NCBI GenBank assembly: GCA_051362555.1
Contig: CM120645.1
Span: forward strand, 14,508,001-14,572,000
Direction of reading: 5' to 3'
Source of the DNA: Lingula anatina
Lineage: Eukaryota; Animalia; Brachiopoda
DNA: 64,000 bases
Shown here: positions 23,086-35,200 of the stretch, in pieces
Position numbering within the stretch: the first letter of the stretch is position 1
How the letters are laid out: each line of letters starts with the position of its first letter
Translations under genes and position numbers: made by a program
The notes under the pieces: generated by a model
What the model was told of the DNA's origin: nothing
The model's input: the letters and a program-made list of their open reading frames with translations, nothing else
Database searches by the model: none

Positions 23086-26000
23086 TTGTTGGGATTGTTT
23101 AGCATAATTATTATGGTAGCAATATGGGTAGACGGAGTGTCTGTCTGTATAATTTTGTTTCACACGGTGGGATTGAATATCTACCAGTTGTTTGACAGCT
23201 ATGTCTTTGTCTCTAATGTGGTGTTTCGTTGCATTCTGGTTTTCTGTAATAGTAATATTCTTATTAATTCTTTACAGTTTATTTTTATATTTTTGTCTCT
23301 TATCTGTAGGTGAAACAAACAGCCCAAAACTATGGGTCATATAAATATTGGCGCACTAGATATTTATTGGTTAATATGTTTATAGGTATAAAGAGTGCTA
23401 AACCTTCAGATAGCAAAAAATTATATTTTCCTGGAAATTTCAGTACTTCTTTAATCTCCAAGATGCACCATATTCAAAACCATGGTTTTGAGTATCTTTC
23501 ATAATGGAGAAAATAGCTGGTGAATTGATGGTAAAAGATTAAAATATGGTACTCATCCTGAATTCTTGACTAAATAAATACTGTCTTTATTGCACCACTA
23601 CCAGTACACTGTAGTAAGAATACCATTGTATGAATTACTTGGGAATTTTGCTATGACCTAGTAGAATTTTTATGTCTGATAACATTGCAGTTAATGGTTT
23701 ATGTAAAGAAAATTTCTGTAACACTGGATTTAACCATATGATAGAATTAGAATATGCAGATAAGTACTCCTCAAAAATATAATTTTATAACAGCTGGTAT
23801 TATGTTATTTTGCACAAGTTTGAAAGCAGCATATAGAGTATTATGCAAGTATTTGTATGTGTGGCTGGGAACCTGTTTTAAGTACAGAAATGTGATACTC
23901 TGGTTTCTCATTTCAGTTTGTGCGTACTCCATAAAAATTCGAAACTGTCATGAAATTTAATTGGCTAACACACAAAGATACCATATAAAAGATATTGGAA
24001 TGGTACACATCACCCTGATATTTTCTGTAGTATAAATAGGGTGTCTTGCCAAATAAATTACATCATAATGTATGTATATGTATGCTTATTTAGAATGGGA
24101 TTGGTTGGCACAAAACCCTAAACCTTTGTGTACAAGTATGCATCTCAGTGCACATACTGATTGGTGAACATTCCTCTTTTGTAAGCTTTAATGATATATG
24201 TGTGTATGGTGTATTCACAGCTGTACAGTTCTTACATGTGTATTGTGTGTGTATGTTTGCAATGATAATGTAGAAATGTGTGTTTGAAGAAGTCTTTATT
24301 GAGGACAGGATGGTTCATTCTACTTGTCGATAAAATATTCTAACAGATGCTTTCAGAAGCATCACTGCTCTGCTCTGCTCTGATGATTATTTTGTGGTAC
24401 AAATAGGAGTCGTGGGAAAGGTATTATTTTCATTGGGCTTTCATTTACTCAATAAGTATTCTATATTACACATATGGAACAATTCTTAAATATATTTTCA
24501 ATATTGGGTTGGTTACACAAAGTTGGGTGTAAAAATGTGAAAATAAATTTTACTTTGAATATATATATGTTGACTTTGAAAATTGCTCTCTGGGAATTGC
24601 TTACTGACAGAAAGTTGGGATTTTTTTTATGAAAGTGGTGATTCTGTGCAATGGAATACATTCTGTCAAGCTACTGAAATGTCTGAAAGATGTAAGACAC
24701 ATTTTCAGAACAACAAAGAAATGGCAAACTTTTTGATTTAGTGAATGTTTATTGCAAAGCTCATAGAAAAGTTACACTTTTTACCCATATTATGAATTTT
24801 GCATAAAATGTAAACATCCAAAGCTTTAATGATATGCCTGTGTACCTTTACATATACATAAATTTATATGATAAATAGAGGATTAAATAACTTTATACTC
24901 GCTAAAAATGGACGGTAGAAAAAATGTAAGAGATCTAAAATTGGCTTAAATTAGAATACAACTTTCACAAAGAAAACAACTGGAATGAAAAACTTAGTTA
25001 TAAAGTAAAAATATATATTTTAATATAAATATGTACATCAAAAGAAAGCAATCTTGATTGTGCGAAAAAAATTAAAAGTAAATTTAAAAAACAATCTCCA
25101 TGAAAATTGTATGTATAACTGACAGCAGTTAACCACTTATGGAATGGAGCATAATGCTAGATACAATTAATAGAGAAGTTAATTTAATCTCATCTAATAA
25201 GAAAAAGGCAGACTCATCTGCTTGAGTACACTATGAGACAATACCTAAAAAAACTCGTATAAAATTATTATTCTGTGATATATAAACACATGCATGATAT
25301 GATGATGCTTATGGCAAAATGGCCTGTGAAAAAAAGTTACAATGTTTAATATCAATAGATAATGAGTCTCGATAGACTGCATGCAATATTTACATTAAAA
25401 TTTGGCTGTCTAAAAAAAACTGAGCATACAAAAAATAAATAAATAAGTCCCAAATTATTTCAAGCACAACTTTATACAATAAAAGGACAATACCCCTTTC
25501 ATCTAAAATACGTCTGCAGTGCAATTTCTAACGCATGAGAGACCAAGCCCCCGTATATTAAAAATAAAAATATGTGACTGTGAAGCTAGGCTTATATTAT
25601 TCTGAGCAATTATTGTGACTTAGCATAAAAAACACACTCTCACAGGTGTGTAGATACATATTTGATTACCCTGTTTGTTGTAGAAAAACCCTACAATACA
25701 TTTTATTACAAATATCAATGGGAATGAGCTATGACCTAAATTTGACTGAAAATAAAATGGAGTTTCCAATATATTTTTTTAAAATGTGAAAAATCTCTAG
25801 AGACCCAGCTGAGGCGAACGTGATATTGATGATGCTTGTTCTTAAAGAGAGCAGAAACTGCCTCACTGGTACATATGTGGGTCTTTCATTGCATAATTTA
25901 TTCAATCAAGAAATAGGATTTAGATGAATATCTATGAATATATGAAATAATTATTGACAAAGGTGAATATTTACACAGATGTGTTATTTGTGAAACCCTT

Positions 26001-26264
26001 CAACTGGACCACTCCAGTTGACTGACATTGACAATACACACTACCCTGTTCAATAATTCAGAACATCAATCCACTTATCTAAAATATTAATCTTTTAGAT
26101 ACATAATACACAGACTGAAGTGGCTGGCTGGTATTCAGCACTATTGCTTCACATGAAATACCATATATATACTGTTGTACTGATGAAGTGGATTATGTAG
26201 ACCAAATTGTTTATGACTAATCTTTTTAATTGACTTCTGCTCAAATGTCATTTGTTCAAAAGAA

Positions 26265-29200
26265 TTATTTGGCTGATCCCATTCTCTTTGCAGACCCAGG
26301 CCGAGTTTTACTGGCTGAAAAAGGGCGTTGACTAACACTGATGCGATTGTCATGTTTTCCCGCCTTTCCTGCTTTCATGAATAACTTCCCTGCCAAAGAC
26401 GCTGGTTGTTTGAATGGTGATAGCTCTGGTCGTCTCGTTGCTGAGCCAGGTCGACCTGCAGAATATGGCCGACTGCCTCCTCCAAATGAGGACTCCGTTT
26501 TTGGGGTCACAGTGGCTCCTATGGCGGGAGTCGTGATAAGAGGAACTCCAGATGAGTCTTTCTCGTTAGCCACCACAGCAGAAGCCACCTTTCCTGGCTT
26601 TGGTTTGGTGTAGTGATAGGCATCTGGAATAAATAAAAGCAATTCTTAGAAAAAATATTAAACCAAAAAAATAAATAAATAAATAAATAAATAAATAAAA
26701 TAAATAAATAAATAATTGCAAATTTGCACTGACTATGAAGATGAAATAACAAATTGATTGACTATATTTTGTGTATGTGTGTGGGTTTGTTAAGTCTTGT
26801 GTAACCATTATCTTACAATTATTTACAACCAATTCTCATTATCAATAAGTCATGACAAGTTAAAACTTCCACAGTAACGATTTTAATAGCCTATGAAATC
26901 TAAAACGCCCTCCCTTTGACTCAGCTCTGTACACAGGCATACTTAAAAGAAGAAAGTGTATGGTTAACAAAATATAAAATAATCCCACTTAAAATTCTGT
27001 GTCAACTTTCATAAATTCTAAGACATATAAACATTACATAATCCATGATCCTAAGCCTTACCAGCAGCAGTGGGTGGGGTGTCCACTTTCATGTAGAAGT
27101 CTTGTTTACATAACTCACATCCTGGTACTGTACACGCCTCCCCAAGAGCCTCGCTGAATGTGTGATGCATGCCATTTTCAAACGACTCATACTCGAATGC
27201 ACAGAACCTTCCTTGCCAGGCAATGTAATCTAAAATTTAAAAGTTTGAGGGAATGGTAATTATATGCATTGTCTTAAATATAGAGGATATCAGGCAATTT
27301 TATTAATAACAAAAAAAAAAAAAAAAAAAATCACAGTAGTATTATAATAAATTTATCAATACACCATGGATGTTTGAGATGTTTGGTTCTTTTGCATATA
27401 GAGAAGTATGACATTGATATAGCAGATATCATGTCTTTAATCAAATACCCTTATACCTTGTAGATGTTGCTGCAAATTATTTATGTCTGTACTTGCTACC
27501 TTAAAACACAGATTATACAGAGTCCACAACCTCTTACCTTCTGGGTGTATGATAACTAATGTAGGGACCCCAATAACACCATACAGAGAGGCTACATCCT
27601 CCTGTTGCTGACTGTCTTCCTTGGTATCAGAAGAAATAGGCAATGTGCCCTTCTTGGATTTTTTACCTAGCAGAAAAAATTATGCGTATTATTTTTTTTA
27701 AACGTCACATTATGTGCAACTCACTGAATGTCCAGATACCTAAGCAAGCTGAAGACTAGTACCTCTGATATTGTCAAGTGTAGAGACTGACTTGTTTATT
27801 TTCAAAGCCCGTGGCAGTGAAATGTTACTTTGAAAATTAATATATTACGTATTTTTTCCCAATGCAAATGCAAAAGAAATGTCAACCTATAGTTTACACA
27901 CCAATAAAACAGTAATTGTCCAATCTATAAGAACAATTTTAATTAATTTTTTTAGGAAAAAAATTCTTCTTGTAGTTTTGTCTCTCATTCTTTCACATGT
28001 CATCTTACTCTGCTGCTACCAAAAATCATACAACCCTGACCCATTGTCACATCCTTCACACCCAACACAATGTCACAACTAACACAATATCACACCCACC
28101 ACACCCACAATCCCTTACCACTTCCTGTCCTGGTCAGATTGGGACTATGGCTGGTCTGGGAGGTCTCCACCACACCTGTCTTCTGTTTCAGACTGGTGCA
28201 GTGCCAGATGTGGGAGTCATCTCGCCAGCTGTTGTTGGTCAGTAGATGAATCAGCTCGTCCACAGTGCCGTCCCTGTCACCAGAGTTACAGGCAACAGAT
28301 ATGAAGTCATACTGCAAACAGGAATAAACACATAAATATAAAGTCAATGTTTCAAATAAAATCAGTACCACAGTGAAGAGAATGATATTCTTGTTATGAT
28401 TTCATTGATGTTTACTTTTACACAGAACACTTTGTATTACTAATACATAAAATGTAATAGTTTTAAATTTAATCACTTCAAAGTTTAAATATAAAATCAA
28501 AATATACTGAATGTCTTTTTTTTACGTAAAAAGTCATTCTAGACTCCTTTTCCATATTAATCAGAAAAAAAAAACAACATATTAACAAATATACTCACAG
28601 ATTTACTATTCTCCCTGGCAAATTTCACATAATGAGCCATGATTCTCTGTGAGGTCAAGCACCATTTTGTCCAGAACAGGATTGCAGTTGGTCCATTTGG
28701 ACCACCAGGGGGCAGCAGCGACTTGATGTCGCCAGTAAATATGTCAATCACATTACAAGATGGGGGCGGAACTCTGCGTTTCAGTAAGCCTTGGTTGACA
28801 AGCCGTCTGCCAGGAAGACGCCTCTCAGCTGCGTAGGTATCTTCATATTGACAAGCACCACTATTGGGCCACCTGAAATAGGCACTTAATTAGTCCTGTT
28901 GATAGACATCATATCCACTAAATACTATTATATTTTTTCTTATGTGGACATCGAGTTGACTGGTTGTAAGTGCTACTTATGTAGCACTGATGTGCATGTA
29001 TAGTACAACGTAATAAAGAGACAGCTCCTGATTACAATAATTTATTGATAGTTTGCTGATAATTTTACCTTTATAGGCATGTCTACGTTTCTCATTTCAA
29101 AGGAGGTGATTCTAGATTCAATTCATAAGTTATTACTAGCAATCTGCTGCATAACAAATACTGGCACAATATTGATATCTGTTAATCTATAGTATGTTTA

Positions 29201-32200
29201 AATACCATGATGACACATTCAAACAGAGACAGAAACAGCTGGCACTTCAAATCTGATGCAAGTCAGACTTTTCGTTTTCAAATGTCCATAATCAATATGC
29301 TTAATAATAAGGCATTTGAAAATGAAAAACCATGCATCAATTTTGAAAGCTGATGGAAATAAAAAAAAAACATGATAATAGTATACTCACAAACTCCCTT
29401 TACTGTGAACATTGTGGAAACAGTAAAATGTGAACTGTCTGAAGGGCTCCGTAAGCATCTCCACCACATTGGACTCCAGACTTGAGGCGTAGGGCTGGTT
29501 GGTGATAGCCACCATGCTCACCCTGTGACTGGTCTTCTCCATGCTCAACTGAACAGATAATAAATGATAAAATTAAAATAAACTAAGTGAGAAATAAGAA
29601 TAACATTGTTTTTATGATTCAGCATCATCTTTGGAGGTCCAGAGAGTGTATCAATGAAATTTATTTATAAACTAGAGGATCAGAGAGGCGATACCGCCTC
29701 CCGATATAGTACCACCAGCTGGAGCAAGCGCATTCATGTGGACCCCTCCCCCAAAAAAAGAGACACCACCACTAGTCTTGTGCTTGACAAGCTCTATAAA
29801 ATGCAATCAACAAGAATTCTCAAAATATGCAAAAGAAAAAAAAAAAAATCAAAAATGGTACAATCAAAATTCAGTTCATCATAAAAAGTAGGTCAAAGGT
29901 CAATTTTAAGGTCACAGTAAATTCCCAGTATATGACTTCCTATTCAAGTTCAATAGTAACTATGGACCTATCTCTGCCAGTTTTGGAGATAAAAGGAAAC
30001 CAAATTTTACAAAATTCAATTCATGATGAAAAGTAGGTCAAAGGTCAATTTCAAGGTCACACTTAGATTGCCAGTATATGACTTCCTATTCAAGTGCAAT
30101 AGTAACTATGGACCTATCTCTGCCAGTTTTGGAGATAAAAGGGAACAAAAATTTGCGAAGTTCAGTTCATGGTGAAAAGAAGGTCAAAGGTCAATTTTAA
30201 GGTCATAGCAAATTGCCTCTAATGACTTTCTATTCAAATTCAATAGTAACTATGGGCTTATCTTTGGCAGTTTTGAAAGTATAAGCATTAAAAAAGTTGC
30301 AAAGTTCAGTTTAAGGTGTTAAGTAGGTCAAAGGTCAATTTCAAGATCAGAGTAAGATTACCAGTATATAACTTCCTATTCAACTTCAATTGTAACTATG
30401 GACCTATCTCTGCCAGGTATGGAGTTAAAAGGGAAATAAATTAGCAGAGTTCAGTTCATGATAAAAAGTAGGTCAAAGGTCAATTTCAAGGTCACACTTA
30501 GATTGCCAGTATATGACTTCCTATTCAACTTTAATAGTAACTATTGACCTATCTGTGCCGGTTTTGGAGATAAAAGGCAACAAAAATTTGCAAAGTTCAG
30601 TTCGTGGTGAAAAGTAGGTCAAAGGTCAATTTCAAGGTCACACTCAGATTGCCAGTATATGACTTCTTATTCAACTTTAATAGTAACTATTGACCTATCT
30701 CTGCCAGTTTTGGAGATATAAGGGACTAAATGTTAGAATTCTGAGTTACAATAATGTGCCACCACAATGTACTTTTTAATACAGCATAACACGAAAACCG
30801 TATGAAATACAAAAAAACGGAGACCACTCACAATGTTGGGCTTTACATGCTCTACAAAATGCAAAAAAGAACGGGTCTCTAGCATTAACGGTACCCGAAT
30901 TAGAGACAGTTTTCAGTTTCGGTATCTTATGGCCGCTACTCCCGTTAAAATGCACTGACTGACCCCAAATTCATGGAGATGAAAGATGACCCAAAGGGTA
31001 ACACTTTTCAATAATATTATTGGTTAAGTCTGTGTAGTGTCTGAATAACAGCGCAAATAAATTTTTTTTCGTAAAAAATTTCGTTTTTTTGAAAATTTTG
31101 GCCCGTTTGGCCTTGAAATAAAGGTCAAAGGTCAAATCCAAGGGCATATTTGAAATCTACACATATGACTTTTGGAAAGCTGTCTGTAGAAATTTTTCCC
31201 ATAATTCCTTCCGTAGGGTAGATAATTGGCATCGAATTTTCAAAAATTTTGACAAGGGTGCATTTCAACGAGCGTCACGCCCAGGTCAATGCACCGACTG
31301 AGACAAAAAAACCTGGGGGTTCAAGTTGAGGTTATGTGTGACCTAAATCCAAGAGATGGGGACAGGGGTCCTTGCGGTCTAGGAGGAGAAGCGGTAACGG
31401 TGACTTGTATCCGGCGCCAGTACGCGGAGCCGCAGGAGCCGGCGGAGCCGCATGAGCCGGCGGAGCCGCAGGAGCCGGCGGAGCCGTACGAGACGGGTCG
31501 GGACTAAAACCATGAGTACCGCCAGCGTACACGCTGGTGGTACTAATTACTTAAGGCAATTTGTATGATTCTAATAGGATCTAAAAAAAAATAGATGAGT
31601 GTCATAATTAAATCAATACCTTATCAACTGTTAGAAATTGTTTAATTCAATTTCTCAATCTGTATCAAAGATATCTGCAGTGGATAACTCCCCTTTAAAA
31701 ATTTTATACATTTTATGCTGAAGACAACTGTCTTATCTCTCTCTTTCTCCGTCTCTCATAATTTTCTTTTTCTTTCAATGCAATAATTGTGTTTTATTCG
31801 ATAAAGCAAAAACTCATTCTTAAAAATCATGTACAGGCTTTACTTTAACGACTATACTTATAGATGTCTCATATCAATATAAAGCCCACAGTGTGTTACC
31901 TTGATCCTGACTGTCCTCATCCCAGAATGCAGAGTGCTGCCATACTGTTTGCCGTCCACCAGCACCTTGTATCCTGACACCACCATATCTGGGTCACTCT
32001 GGGGACACTGCCAGCTCACGTGGGCCATCAGGTGACCTGGATGGAGTCAGGAGATTGGATAAAAGTCATATGAAGAAGATGAAGATGAAAAAATAGAAAA
32101 AATAATAAATAATAATAATATATATTTCTTGAAAACCACATTACACTTCTGTTCCAGTGCTGTTTACAAATAAAATTATCAGAATTACAAGTAGTTATAA

Positions 32201-35200
32201 GCACAAAATTCATATTTTACTGCTTGATAAACTTATCAATTGACTTTTGAAAACAATTTTGAACTGTAAATTAAAAAAAAAAAAGATATTCCTTATTCAT
32301 GTAGTCAGCACAAAAAAGGCTATCCTCAATTTTTTTCATGCTGAGAGAACAAAAGTCATAATTGGACAGTCACACCTGACAGGACTTGCCAAACCCACCC
32401 CTTCTTTGCACAGTGATTGGTAGAGCCTCACTCCCCCCACCCCTCCCTGTATGACTGACAGCACAAAACCACGCCCTCACCTGTATAATGATTGATAGAA
32501 CTGAAGCAGTCCACAAGCATGGACTCCACATGTTGCAGGTTCTCTGATGTCCTACTGCTGACCTCCCCGCTGTCCTTCTTACGGAATACACTGGCTGCTC
32601 CCATTAGAGTTGGGTTGTTCAAGTTGCGTAGTAGTCTATAATTATTAAATTAAACGCCATGTTCAAAGTCATTTTATAATTCACACTAGTGAAATAGGGT
32701 GATTTTGATAAACATGCATCCTCTGTCACATCAGTCCAGAAAAACATAAATTATAAATTAAAAATATAATCAACATTAAAATATTATATGTGACAAACAA
32801 ATTTTAAAAGTGCAAATATGGATACTCTGTTTATTATAAATCCACAGACAATAATTACATTTTTGCTTCAAACTCTAAATAACATTTCTTCCAAAATTTT
32901 AATGATATGTTCACTATTTTTTCTCAACAGCTCAGTGCACTTACTTGTCCCTCTTGTTCAGCAGCTCACATGTGACCCTCTCTATCTGCCGTCTCTCCTC
33001 CAGTCCCGCCACCGTCACTGTGATCTGTGGGGGATCTGGCGCAATTCTCGGCTGAACGCGGATGGGATCAGCTCTGAATACAGTGTTACTGTTATATACC
33101 TGTAGAAATATTAAAGAAACAACAATAAAGTATTAGTTTTAAATTAACTCATATAATTATGTAAATTTTACAAAATCATGGTTGATTCAGTTTAACTTGA
33201 CATCCAATTTGACTGATAGTTTGAAAATGATCTTCAAAAAAAGAAATAAATGAATAATAATTAAATAAATATTATATAAATAAAAATTAATTAATCAAGT
33301 AAGTAATTACTTAATTAATCAAAGACAATAAAACAGATTTTTGAAAAAATGTTAATGGAAAAATATAGTAAATATATCAAAGTGAACTAAAACCTACCAG
33401 TATCTCTAAGTAAACCAGGTAGATACCCTGTTTCAGATTGTGGAACTCTGCTTCTCTGACATCAGGATGGATGGGGAAGATGGTCTGCACTGTCATCCCT
33501 GAGGACTCATCTTCTAAATATACCTGAGATATAATAATAATAATAATAATAATATATACATAATTATATATGCATAATGTACATTACAACATATGCATAT
33601 GTGTAGAAAAGTGATGATATAAAGACCTTCAAAATTTGTTTTAAATCGCCTGATTAGTAAAAATGTTTTTCTTTCTGTCATCAAAAGAGGACCAAAATTA
33701 ATTACATAACTATTCAATTATTTTCAAAATCATGTTGCATTCATCTTTGTAAACTTTTCACAATTCAAAATTGCTTTAAAAAGCCTTTTAGACGACAACA
33801 GAAAATTCATAACGTATCATGCACAGACTATGGTGTAAGTACATATACATAACTATCATAATAATGGCTTTATCTTTAATTCACCTAAAAAGATAACACG
33901 TAAACAAATTTCCAGTTACCCTGTAGTTTTTAATCTTGACTCCATCTGTCACATACGGCTCCTCCCACATCACCTTGATAGAGTTACTGCTGACAGTGGG
34001 TACTCTCTGCAGTAGAGGGGTCTTCATGCCAGGCCAGGTGACCACAAATGGTTCTGATGGCTTACTACACAGCTGGTCATCTGCGGTCAGTGCCTGGAGT
34101 TGATATAAAGAAACTTTTGAAAGGAAGAAGTTAGAAGAAAGAGAATATTGCATAAAAAGTAAAGCAGATGACAAGGGAAAAATCCCTGATAAATGAATGC
34201 CTGTATTATCCAGCTGAATACTTTTCCTTTGTTTTTATACTTGACCATTAATATATCTCTTTGTATATTATATCATATTGATATGTATTTATGCTATTAA
34301 TTGATAGCAAAATCTTATAATCATTTTTATTTTAAGTCTAAAATCCTTAAAGGTTCAGGAGACTTTGCAGTCTTAAAATCAAAAAGGCGTTAAAAAAGGA
34401 CTCAACATTAGATAACTGAATCTTGTTACTGTCATAGTTTTAAAGACAAAAATGTGTACATTTGGAAGTCATGACATGCACTAATTGACCCCAAGTTGTA
34501 CGACCTTGGGGCTTAAAAAAATTATGAAAAATAGGTGGGAGCCACTTGGTGAAAGTCCCAAGTCTTACGGCTCCTTTTCAAAGGTCATGTGCCTGATATA
34601 ATATGACAGCTATTCACAAATATTGTTGCCTTCTCTTACCATGGTGTAAACTACATGCATTTTGATTTTTATAAAAAGCTTGAAAAATTCACTGATAAAT
34701 ACATGAGTGTCCATACTAATTCATGCTCATATTTTCAGCTGTTTGATAATATTGATTCATTTAATTTTCAGAAAAACCCCTTTTCTATTAGCATTTTTTC
34801 TTCCAGATGAAAATTATTAAATAGGAGTCTGTATTGATTCCATTAGGCCATTGTGGTGCACTCGGCATCAGATTACAAGGTCTGTCTAAGATAACTTTTC
34901 TACTTTCAACATAACTGTGAAGCTGCAAAATTTCATCCTTCTTGTATTGTACAAACATTTTGTACTAATTACCTCTACCAAACAAGCTATTTTTTTTTCT
35001 TTTTTGCCTTTTTTGGTTTCTTAGTTTAACAGTTAAGTTATAAGCTTGTTTTTAATACTAAAAAATTTTATCATTGTAAAGTCTACTTAACTTCTAGACT
35101 TTAAATAAATATTATTATTATTATAAAACACCTTCCTTAAAAAGTTATTGATTTTTGATAAAATTTTGAGGAAATGAATTGGCTAAACTTGAACTGACTA

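Noticed and set aside
28005-28022. Microexon candidate (tag CAGCAGA gtaag on the - strand)
   Set aside because: Possible lengths of 7, 4 or 1 nt are not multiples of three, and the flanking exons already join in phase.
28640-28680. Possible selenocysteine in the thioredoxin-like active site
   Set aside because: Codons are TGG TGC TTG ACC TCA, with no in-frame TGA. I did not identify a SECIS by eye in the 3' UTR.
31289-31532. ORFs with AEPQEP / APPAPA repeats
   Set aside because: They translate the 18-bp GC-rich repeat inside the HINE; no splice or domain support.
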